A stretch of DNA of 64,000 nt from Chlorokybus atmophyticus (Eukaryota > Plantae > Mesostigma and Chlorokybus algae), in assembly GCA_009103225.1 (NCBI GenBank), contig RHPI01000140.1:1-64000 (forward strand), given 5' to 3'. Position numbers and translations under genes: made by a program. The stretch's first letter is position 1, and every line of letters starts with the position of its first letter. This document shows positions 53,415 to 64,000 of this stretch, piece by piece. The notes under the pieces are model-generated. The model was not told the origin of the DNA, made no database searches, and worked only from the letters and a program-made list of their open reading frames with translations.

Positions 53415-55336
53415 TCAAACCTCCACAGCTGTTACCAGTGTGTCCATGCCACACCTACAATAGCAAACAGACGTGCAGTTAGCTTCCTTCACATGTGCAT
53501 CACTTGAGATGCTTGCGTCACCATGCAGCATGACGCTTGCCAGGTGGCAGCAATCATGTACACACAAAGGAGAATGCCCAGGGCTTACATGTCGATGCCG
53601 CGGCAAACTTTGAAGAAACCCTGCTCAGCCCAGTTCTTGCCCCAGGAGTTCTTGATAATCCAGTATGGCTTCTTTGTGAAGCGAGCAGGCGCATAGCCCT
53701 CCGTGCCATAACCAACGAGCAGGACTCCATGGTTGAGATGGGACTTGGCGCAGATGAGTGGGCAATGCACACCACCAATGTATGTCTGTTCCACGACACG
53801 CATAAGAAATCAACGTCACAAGGGACAGCTGCAGCAAATGTAGTGTGTTGTGCTGCACAGCGAGAACTCACCTGCAACCAACTTGCGTTGATGCCAATAG
53901 AAAGCGGACCTCGCTTGACCAGATTTGCGGCAATCTGGCCCTCATCTCGCGGGATGAATGTGAAGTTTTTGATGGTTGCCGCGGCCTTCATGCCATCAGA
54001 TCTGCAGCGACCATCTTTGCCTGCACCGCACACCGCCAAGGTTGACATTCGTGGCCTCATGTTTGGGCATGCACACAACCGAGTGCCACATCCTTTGGGC
54101 AGTCCACATGTACGCATGTGTCCTCTCACCCGTATATGGGTAGTCTGCCTCCGACACAATGCCATGCTCCAGGATGTACTCAAACGCATTGCTGGCCGCA
54201 AGCAACAAGCCACGCCAGTACGCTCGATGAGAACACACATAACCATCACAACAGTGCGCATCAGGTGAACATGACAAAGGGAGAGGCACCTTGGAAGGCC
54301 GCCAGCGCAGCCCGAGTCACAGACTTCCTTCTCATCGGGATCGCAGTCGTGGTCGCAGTCCACAAGCTGCTGCTCAGACAGCGACACCATATTGCCGGTC
54401 TTGAGGAAGTGCGCTCCCTCGACTACGCCCGTCGCGGAGAATGCCCAGCACGACCCGCACATGGCCTGGTTCTTCACCTCGCCAACGGCCCCACGCTCAC
54501 GCCAGTCAAAGGTTTCGGGTAGGCCCTGTGTGGGAAGCAGCGGCGCCATGCGCTCTTCATGCGAAGGGAAGTCGCTCGCTGAAAACGCCATGCCCAGATG
54601 CTGAGAAGCAAACTCCTCCTCTGTCAGGTCCATGAACGGGCTCACGCCGTGCACAGCTGAAGGGTCCAGCAGCTGCGTACACATGTACATGTCAGCGCCA
54701 CTGCGTGGTGGGTGTCTACACATGGCAACGAACATCCAAACCACGCAGCATCATGGTCACATCTGTTTTGCTAATATGTCAACACTCCACCAAAGCTGAG
54801 ACACAGACATGAATACCCTTGTAGAAAATGGAATACGGCACACCTGCACAAACATGCACAAGTGCACAATGCTCAAGCACGCACGGGGCACATGGTGGCT
54901 GGCTGCACGGTGCAGGCAGGCACTACATGCACATGGACAACACTAACAACTAACAAGATAGCTGTTGCTGCTATGTCACCAAATCCAATCACATAGACGG
55001 AAAAGCGTGCCAAAAGGCAATTAATCACGCGTGCGCATGTGCTTATTTGTGGGGCACCTGACGCTCATGGGCCTTGGCGATGTTCTCAGCGAAAATGGCG
55101 AGGCGTCGGACGTACTCCACGCCCTCGTGCTTGCGGCCGTGTACCTCCATGAATGTGGCAAACTGCGCCTCCATGTTCCATGTTGCGCCGCCCAGAATGC
55201 TGCCCCCAACTCTGACCACGCCGTCCACGCCATCCGACACGGCGCCACCGTCCTCCAGAGGCCGAGCGGCTGCCGCAACGGCCGCCGCCAGGGCAAGGAA
55301 CAGCCCGGCGGCCCAAACACCACCACCCGCAGCCAT
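53415..55336 (-). CDS. RD19: Papain-family (C1A) cysteine protease, RD19-like, ~369 aa, 6 exons
   Basis: Exons 55058-55336, 54290-54672, 54130-54191, 53872-54020, 53589-53785, 53415-53454. Signal peptide; ERFNAQ-type prodomain ([20 protein letters not shown]); [18 protein letters not shown]; RD19-type [19 protein letters not shown]. Confidence 0.95.
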
Positions 55337-55835
55337 GGCTGCGAGACAACCTCCTCGCACCCTTCACCGCCTGCCTTCCACACTGTCCCTGCCGCCGCCG
55401 CCGCCGCCACTACCGCCGCCGCTCGACTGCCCTCCAAAATCCACGTCACCAAAACCCTCGTGCACGCGCACGCGCGCTCGATATCGCACCGATGCGCATA
55501 ATCCACTGCGTCTGTTGATAGGTAGCTAGATAGATACCTTGTTCTTACGTCGCGTGTGTGTGTTTGTCAGCAGCCAGTTCTGTGTCATCACGTGACGTCG
55601 TCGTCGCGTTGACTGGGGGCCCCGTTTGCCGTTCAGTCGATGAGACGAGGAGGCGGCGGCACCCGTCACTCAGCGTCGTTGAACGGCGAGCGCTTCGCGC
55701 AACCGCCCGTTAGACCCAACTCTACTAACTTGCCTACAGTGCCGAGCCAGGCCAGGCCAGGCCGGGCCAGCCCAGGCTAGGCCGAGCGGCAGGCGGAGGA
55801 GGAGCACGCTAGGCTTTCCCTCCGTTGGGAAGCCG
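55337..55835. promoter_or_regulatory. ~500-bp divergent intergenic region, probable bidirectional promoter
   Basis: Start codons at 55336 (-) and 55836 (+) face away from each other; overlapping CACGTG/TGACGT at 55589-55598; function inferred. Confidence 0.55.
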
Positions 55836-58769
55836 ATGGACGAGGATGGCGTGCTGGCGGAGAGCGCCGCCAGAGGGCTGCACATCGACGTGCCGGCGGC
55901 GGCGGCGGAGTCAGATCCGCCCGACGACGAGCACGACGAGCTGTCGCCTGCAAGCCCTGGTGTCCCTGAGGTGAGAAAGCCATCCTTCCGCTCATGCTAG
56001 AAGCAGGGTGTACGGGGAGACGCGTGCCTTGCGGCCGATCTGAACATGGGTTCGGATGTAACCACCAATCCAACAAGTGTGAGTGCGTATCCGTTCCCGT
56101 GAGCGTGTTCAAGTGCGACCAAGAGACCAAAAGAGACATCGTGAGGGAAATGTGTCTTGGCTTTGTTTGCGCCTGACCGTGTGCATCAGAGCGTGGGGTT
56201 GTGTTCTCTCTGTCTCTCCCTCCCTGCTTGCTTTATCTCTCGTGCATGAGGAAGGCAGCAGGCATCAGAAAGTATGTGTGCGTGCGCAGTCAGATGCTTT
56301 GCTGGCAGAGGCGGTCAGAGCCCCTGAGGCTATGATGATTTCCGCACAGGACGAACTCACCGACAAAGGGCTCGCCACCACAGCCGCACAGGTGAGGAGA
56401 TAACCGGATCATGCTCGGTGTAAAACAAACAAGCATTCGCACAAAGATGCATATACACGCACGCGCGCATGCACACGCATACCACAACAACATCAACACA
56501 AACAGAAGCACGCACATGCGCTTGCACGCACGCACGCACGCACATGCTCGCGCACGCTCATGGTACACCTACGAACCCAGGGTCTCCCCGAGGATGTCGA
56601 GTCGGCCGTCCGCAGCGCCTTCACGCGGTTTGACGTCAGCGGTGAGGGTTGGATCGCGGGCTACGAGGCGGGCGCGGCGCTGGCTGCAGCGGGCATCGCC
56701 GACTGCCCGCCCGTCGAGGAGTTGGGCGCCCTCATCGCTGCCGTCGCCCCCGACAACGTGTAAGAGACGGTGATGTACTGTGGGTGTTTGATACCACTCG
56801 CAAGGAATCGATACATATTCCGTTTGCATGCAGGGATCGGTTGAAGTACCCGCAGTTTGTTCAGCTGGTGCAGTACTTGATGTACCGCACATCCAATGCA
56901 CAGCAACCCTCCCCAAGGTTAGGTCCCCACGTGTGTTGGATCTCTTCATTGTTAATCAGCACTCCACTCCTGTTTGAGATATACTGATTCTTACAATGGG
57001 TGTGTTCTTATGCTGGGTGTCCCAACAGTGAGGTAGCTGCCAGGCCTGATGAGCGGCAGCATTCGCCTGGGTACAGCAGCAGCAGCAGCAGCATTATTGG
57101 CGCGGGCATTGCTGCGAAGGTGCGCGTGGCTCGTCTTCAGAAGATCCCTGCTTTCCCGGAGTTCAACCCGGTGGTGTTGGAACATCTGAGGGTGAGAGAG
57201 ACGGTTGCATGATGGCTCTGCTCTATCACCAGCATGCACAGTGCATGAGATGCAAGGGTGTGCACGCGCGCACGCTTGCTTACCTGCGTGAGCGTGCACG
57301 TCGATATTCATGCTTGTGTGTGCCTGCGTGTGAATGTTGCGCATGCTTGTGTGCCCAATCCTGTGTTCGTGCGTGTCTCTGCTGACATGCCTGTGACTGC
57401 AGCACTTGGATGAGCACCGGCACTCCTGCGAGCGGGATGGCAGGTACATGGAGGCACGCACGGCAGCCAAGCGCATGCACGACTTGAAGGCGAGTACAGC
57501 TACCGGAAGGCGCATATTCACTATACACATCATGAGCGATGGGTGCTAATCAGCAGCTCTCACCTGTGGCAGATGCATGAGGAGGAGCGCGTGCGGGCGG
57601 AGATGCGCGCCAGGCATGAGCGCGAGGTGTTGGAGGTGCAGAACGCCCACCGCAACGAACAGATGGACCACCAAAAGGTTGAGATAACGCATGCGTTTTT
57701 GTCGAGGTGACTCTCCCAATTGTAGACCGTGAGAGATTGATTGGAGGTGTGTGTTGCAGATGTGGGATGCGAAGGAGATGGAGTTTCAAGAGAGCGTCGC
57801 TCGCGCACTTGAAAGCATGCAGGTGAGAATGAAACATGCATATACACACATACATGTACATGCCCACACACGTGCGTGCGTACGCACGCATGTGCGCACA
57901 TCCACGACGAACACCCCACAGGTGCACACAGGGAAACAGACAGACATGCACGCATACATGCACATACAGACGGACGCATGCGCGCGTGCACAGATACGAG
58001 CGTTCACGCACGCACGCATATGTACACAAACATGCCCCCCCCCTTGCAGGCTCGTCACGAGTCCAAGGTCCGTTCCTTCTACGACGCCTCCCTCTCCCGT
58101 TCCCCGACCCGCGCCCAGTGTTCCTCCGACCTCCTCAACGCCCGCGCCATCCAGTCCCACCTCGCCAAGCAGTCCATGTACCTGCGCGCCCAGCACGTCA
58201 AGGCCATGGCGGACAGGCGGGAGAGGGAGGAGCTGCACGACAACAGGGAGAAGCACGAGGCGGAGACCACGAGGAGGGTGGAGAGGATGAGGGAGAGGCA
58301 AGCGGTCGAGCAGCAGGCGCTGTTGCAGAGAGGTGCGAGGGGGAGGGAGGAGATGCGGCGCATGCGCTCTGCCCACGAAGCCAGACAGATGCAGAGGTTC
58401 AAGAATCTGGTGGCGGAGCTCGCGACGCTGCATTGCATGGAGGCGGCGCAGCTGGGGTTCTTTCTCGAGAAACAGACCGTCGCGGGGAAGAGGCCGCTGC
58501 CGGACCTGGTGGACGACCAGGAGAAGGTCAAGACGGAACTCAGGAAACCGGGACTGGATAGGTTCTCGCAGTCGTTCAACATGGTGAGGGTGTTCATGTA
58601 CCCGTCAATCAGTATGCGTGCGTGCGTGTTGTGTCGTGCTTGCATTGGATTGACTGCACTTGAACTACGCTTATACGCGCGCCACTTCTTTCTTCAGGAC
58701 ACAGCCACGGACGTGTCTCCGATTCCCTCGCCAAATCACGCGCCAAAGGCCCACAGTTTTCAACTATAG
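55836..58769 (+). CDS. EF-hand-like plus coiled-coil protein of unknown function, ~470 aa, 10 exons
   Basis: Exons 55836-55970, 56350-56391, 56581-56759, 56834-56881, 57044-57191, 57403-57489, 57573-57677, 57760-57822, 58050-58583, 58698-58769 join in frame (one GC donor at 57490). EF-hand-like AFTRFDVSGEGWI; E/R/Q-rich helical C-terminal half. N-terminal exons are least certain. Confidence 0.8.
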
Positions 58770-59050
58770 CTCTCTCGCATCATAAACAGTACGATTGATA
58801 ATAACATTAGTTTTAGAGACTGCTTGAGCACAAGGCGCATATGCCTGCTGGTGCAGGCTGCACTTGGCTCGGCTATTACAACAAGTATACATAAATCGCG
58901 GAAACAAGCCGTAACCTATCGCACACGCTTGAGGATTACCCAACATGCATGCACCCTCTCTCATGCAACTTGATGTGTAATGCTGTCTAAGCGCATCGTT
59001 GTCAGCGGCCAGCAGAGTCTCTCTCTCTCGTACGCGTGAGATGCTGGCTG

Positions 59051-62000
59051 CTACAGGCTGAAGCGACGGGGCTTCCTGGCTTTGGTGACGCTGATGCTGT
59101 TGACTGCAGGCTTGACCTGCATCCAACCGCACAGATCAAGAACACTCATCCATGTAGTTGCAACACGTGTCATAGCTGACGAACTCTAGAACACAAACAC
59201 ATGCGAAATGTCCTCTCACCCTCTCCTGCAGCGACATGCGGCGCGGCCGGGCAGTTTGCAATGCGAACTCGAACACTCCCGCTGCGCTTGTGGACGCATC
59301 ACTGTCACCCACACTCTGTGGCAGTGTGTACACGTATCAGTGATCGATTACCTACCAGGGACATACACGAAGAGGGTGAGTGAAAACCAGCACGCACCTG
59401 ATGCATTGGTGGAGACGCTATAGGCGGTGACATGGCGCGCGAATCGATGCTGTCTCTGGCTGCGAGCCACTCGTCAATGTGGACGTCGCGGACCACGCCG
59501 TTGGTGTCGAGGGACCAGCGCACCATGGGCCTGTGCACACCCGACGCCGAGTAGAGCTCGTCGTCATCATCTTCGTATCCGTCCTCCTCCCACAAATCAT
59601 CCGGCAACAACTGTGTGCATTGCTGTTCGTAGTCGAGTTTGAACAACTTGTTTCAAACAGGGCAAACAGGACAACGGACAGAGATACACACACGCACCCC
59701 CACCCACCCACCCACCTTCATCAGCGCCTGCACGACTTGTGACATGTTGGGTCTCTTCTCCGGGTCCGCACGTACACACTCCCTGACCACCTCCATCACT
59801 CCCCTCACCTCCTCCTCCTTCGGCCTCTCCGGTATCCCTGGGTCCAGCGTGCCCACCGCCACCGGCTCCCTCACGAACCTCTCCTCCACAAGCTCTTCCA
59901 GGGACTGAGTCTGTCTGATCCCAGGGTGGAAGAGACCCACCACGAGTTGGAGTAACACTACGCCGAAGCTGTAGACGTCGCTGGCGGTGGTGGCGTGGCC
60001 GGATGCGCGGTAGGAAGGGCAGATGTAACCCTCCGTGCCGAGGATGCGGCCCCCCGTGGAGGTGGAGGACGGGGAGAGGGTGGAGGAGTCGTCTCCTGTA
60101 AGCTTGGCGAAGCCGAAGTCGGAGATCTTGGGGGTCATGGTCTCGTCAAGCAGGATGTTGCTAGGCTGAACAGTGGAAGACGGATAAGGAGTTTGAAGTC
60201 AAGCGACAGGTGGCATGCGTGTGCCATGTGTGTATGTGTTTGTGCGCACGCGTGCTGGGATGTGTTTTTTGTATGTTTGCAATGCTTGCCTTGATGTCGC
60301 GGTGGAGTACGGGTGGGCACATCCCGTGGTGCAGATACGCAAGGCCACTTGCCGCTCCGAACGCAATCTTCAATCTCTGCACGCAGGGGACAGCGTTTGT
60401 TGCCTCGTGCTCGAGCGCATACACGTGCGTGTGCACCGACGCACAGACAGTAGCATCTGCAGAAATGCATACGTGCATGCGCACACTTGCAACATTGACG
60501 GTGTCGCACCTCTTCCCATGGCAGGCCTGGGATCTGTCGCAAGTGGTGCGAAAGGCTGCCACTAGACGCCAGCTCCAGCACCAGCAGGATGCGATTGCCA
60601 TCAACACAGAACCTGCACCGCAACACATGTACGCAAGTGTCAACCCACTTGTCCTCCCGAATGCTGGAAACACTCCCACACGCGCGTACCCGAGCATGTT
60701 GACCAGGTTAGGGTGGCGTATGCGGCTGAGTATCTTCAATTCCGACACAAACTCTTGCAACCCCACTTGCACCACATCCCCACTATCTCTCGTCCCGCGC
60801 GCGAACCCACTTTTCCCTCCTTCCAGTCGCTTCACTGCTGCCGTGAAGCCGTTGCCGAAGGTGGCCCTGTACACCTGCGCAAGGAGAAGGGTCTCAGTGC
60901 GTGTGTGATGTCATGTGTGTTTGTGTTGCGTTGGGGTGAAACGTGAGACGTAAAACGGTGTTTGGTACGTACGCCGCCAAAGCCGCCGTGGCCGAGAAGG
61001 CGGTCGGCGGAGAAGGTGTCGGTGGCGCGCATCAGGTCCGCGTAAGTGTAGTTGCATTGCTGCCAGTGAGTAGATACCTCTGTTACAATGAATGCACAAC
61101 AACAACGGCAACCAGCACAACAACCATTGTCTGCGTGCGTGTGCGTGTGCGTGTGCGTGTGCGCGCGTGCGTGTGTCTGTGCGTGCACTGCGCACCAGGT
61201 CCCTGGCGAGGACATCAATGACGTGGTCCGGCACGAGTGGCTCCAGCCCCTTGACAACGTCATCCATATCCGGCCTCACCCTCGGGTCCTCCTGCAAGCA
61301 CTCTGCCGCCAGCATCGCCACCCGTCTCACCGCATCCGCTGGCGGGGGCGGTATGCGCGTGTCCACAAAGGTGTTATTGCTACCAGCAATGGTGTCGAGT
61401 CTCTCGAGCACCCATTCGCGTAAGCGGTGCTCGGCGGCCGCGCGGCTCATGTCGGGAGAGGCACGTCCCGCCATGAGTTCAAGAATTACGACACCGAAGC
61501 TGTACACGTCTGATGCGAAGGAGATGTGGCCCGTCGACTCGTACTCGGGGGCGAGGTAACCAAGCGTGCCGAGCTGAAACGTGTCACAAGGTTGGATGCG
61601 TTGTTTATTGCGTTGTACGTTGTGTGAGATGCAAAAGTTGCGGATTGCCATGTTGAGGGCCAAACGCACGCACGCACACCTGCACCCACGCACTCACACG
61701 CGCACTCTCCCACCCATGAGCGCGCGCACGCACGCGCGCATGCACATGCGCACGCAACCACGCACAGCACGCACTGTGCACGTACCACGCGCGTTGTCTT
61801 ATCAACGGCGTTGGAGTCGTACAACTTCGCCAACCCAAAGTCCGCCAACTGTCAACAAGATGCATTTGATCGCGTGTGCCAAGATCTCGGTTTACAGCAA
61901 CGCCAGCAAAACACCCACAGCACACACTGCAAAGCCTCCCCACCTTAGCCTGGAAGTTGCTGCTGAGCCTGCCATACGACAACACACAAAACTCACAGAC

Positions 62001-63574
62001 GCAGTAAGAATCCACTCACCCTCAACCACAAACATAGCACCAAACCAACATCAGAGGCATCTGAGGGGCATCAGCACCCAGCAAATCATCACTCACAGTA
62101 TGTTGCTCGGTTTGACGTCCCTGTGCACCACCCCCGGCCTCGCTTCCCTATGCAGATACCTCAACCCTCTCGCCGCCCCGACCGCCACTCTGATCCTCTT
62201 CTCCCAACTCATACTCTCCCCGCTCTCGTACAACACGCGCGCCAGACACCCGCCGGGACACAACTCCAGCACGAGCAACACACGCCCGGGTTTATCGGCA
62301 CACATGCCGTGGAGAGAGATGAGGTTGGAGTGGCGGAGACGGGTGAGCACACGCAACTCAGTAAGGAACTCAGACAATGCTGTGTCAGTGTTGGGGTTAG
62401 TATCATTTGTCTCGAGGCGTTTGACTGCGGCGGTGCTGCCGTCCGGGAAGGTAGCTGTGTACACGGCGCCAAAGTGGCCTCTCCCTATCAGATTGTGTGC
62501 GCTGAAGTTGTTTGTGGCGGATTGGAGTTGGGCGTAGGTGTACATCACTTGGCCCTCCTGGCGGTAGAGGTAGCTGGGGCGGGGTGCGGTGATGTCGGTG
62601 GTGTGGAGGTGGGAAGCGTCCTGAGTGGAGGAGGAGCGACGGCGGCGGGCGGGACCCAACATGCCGCGGGAGAAGTCGTTGTGTTGTGGGTTGGGGCTGG
62701 GGGGGGTGTCGTCATCGTTGGCAACATGACTCTGTTTGTTGCCTCCGGCCATGCGTTGGTAACCGCCACGCCTCGCCATGTAGAAAATCAAAGCACCTGT
62801 GTGCGTGTGTGCATTAATGCATGCGTGTGCACGTGTGTGAGTGTGCGTGTACACTCACCGACGAGCACCAAGGTAAGCACTCCCCCGGCAGTCGTCCCAA
62901 CAATGACTCCAACATGGGAGCCACTGTCGTCTTTTCCATCCGCCGGGCACGGGCTGCCGAGGCCCGTGACTGTGGTGCCCCCGGTGAGCACCAACCCGGC
63001 GGGCACGGGACCACACAGCCCCGAGTTCTTGGCCACCGAACTGCAGCCGGACACACACACACATGCGTGGGCACAGGCACATGCCAACACACACGTGCAC
63101 GAGATTGCACGCAGGCACGTACGCACGTATGCTCGCTCGCACCACCGTATGCACGCACGTGCACATGCGCTCAATACCAACATGAACTGTGCAACAACAA
63201 CCGACTCTCGGACTTACATCACCGTGAGGTTCTTCAGCCTCGCAATGGACTCCGGTATCTCCCCTTCCAGCCTGTTCCCCTCTAATTCCATCCTCCTCAA
63301 TCCCTCGCACCCCTCCCCGAGTCCGGGCGGGATGGTTCCTGTTAACACATTATCGCCGAGGTCGAGGACTTCCAGTCTGGCGAGGGATGCCAGCTCCGGG
63401 GGGATGGGACCGGAGAAGGCGTTGTCGGAGAGGAGGAGGGAGAGGAGGACAGGGAGGTGGGAGAGGGAAGGGGGGAGGGGACCGGACGGGAAGTTGTCGG
63501 ACAGGTTGCTGGAGGGGGGAGGGGGATGAGGGGCAGGGCGCTTGTTAGCATGCGCCCACACACACACACGCGCG

Positions 63575-63643
<69 letters not shown>

Positions 63644-64000
63644 GGGCACGCACATACACACGCATATGCAAAGTGCGCATCATGCTGCAAACACGAATCC
63701 ATTGTTGCCGCTTGCATCTCTTGTAGCTGCGTGAGATTGCCAATCACCGGGTCGAGTGTCCCTCTCAGCCCCGCTCCCTCCATCACCCTATCACCGCCAC
63801 ACCCCACCACCATCACTCACCATCCACCGTACTACTCCAAAACAGCACCACTCACAGCCTGTTGACGCGGCCGTCGGCGTCGCACCCGACCCCGCTCCAC
63901 GCGGAACAGGCGTCGACGGCGCTGCTGTCGCGCCAGGTACCGAGCGCGGCAGTGAGGAGGTCGGAGGAGGACCACGCATCGCGCAGAGAACGGAGCGCTG
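59051..64000 (-). CDS. LRR receptor-like kinase (RLK/Pelle) with two tandem kinase domains; 5' end outside the window; >=1058 aa
   Basis: Exons 63856-64000, 63716-63787, 63218-63508, 62859-63040, 62097-62796, 61944-61968, 61786-61848, 61196-61573, 60973-61059, 60690-60874, 60510-60612, 60290-60376, 59716-60165, 59398-59646, 59220-59315, 59051-59116. LRRNT (W..C..WSGVGC), ~5 LRRs, NSGLCG cap, TM, kinase 1 and kinase 2. The join between kinases depends on acceptor choice. Confidence 0.85.
63579..63638. repeat. (CA)30 microsatellite in an RLK intron
   Basis: Seen directly; CA/GT- and CACG-rich tracts mark most introns in this window. Confidence 0.95.

Noticed and set aside
61083-61130. A second transmembrane helix between the kinases (TMVVVLVAVVVVHSL)
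   Set aside because: It ends in an in-frame stop and has the GTT-rich composition of introns. Treated as intron, but kept as the alternative that would refute the fusion.
62123-63529. Long plus-strand ORF of 468 aa, and similar ORFs opposite RD19, FAD7 and the EF-hand gene
   Set aside because: Antisense shadows of GC-rich coding exons that run through introns; no domain signal.

Overview
Eukaryotic nuclear DNA, most likely from a streptophyte green alga (inferred from land-plant-like omega-3 desaturase exon sizes, an RLK/Pelle LRR kinase with a 72-nt LRR exon, half-tRNA-primed copia elements and a PAT/DIRS-type retroelement; the species cannot be fixed from sequence alone). Positions 1-48,000 are a nested graveyard of decayed transposons. 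It holds a Helitron-like RepHel split by a three-LTR copia, a second truncated copia, three Ty3/gypsy remnants, two copies of a gag-only LTR element (TR-GAG-like), solo LTRs with perfect 5-bp TSDs, and a split-direct-repeat DIRS/PAT element plus two solo copies of its ~500-bp terminal unit. Positions 48,500-64,000 hold four compact intron-rich genes: plastid omega-3 desaturase (FAD7-like), RD19-like papain protease, an EF-hand/coiled-coil protein, and a 5'-truncated LRR receptor-like kinase predicted to carry two kinase domains in tandem. The best leads are the dual-kinase LRR-RLK, a hidden conserved reading frame ending in KKRVTFAxDVKK* inside the DIRS terminal unit, the unusual DIRS architecture with an antisense spliced ORF, the gag-only LTR family, and dense W-box arrays in the copia LTRs. 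All exon models were built by hand from splice signals and frame continuity; no searches were run. No rRNA, tRNA or CRISPR array was recognised.
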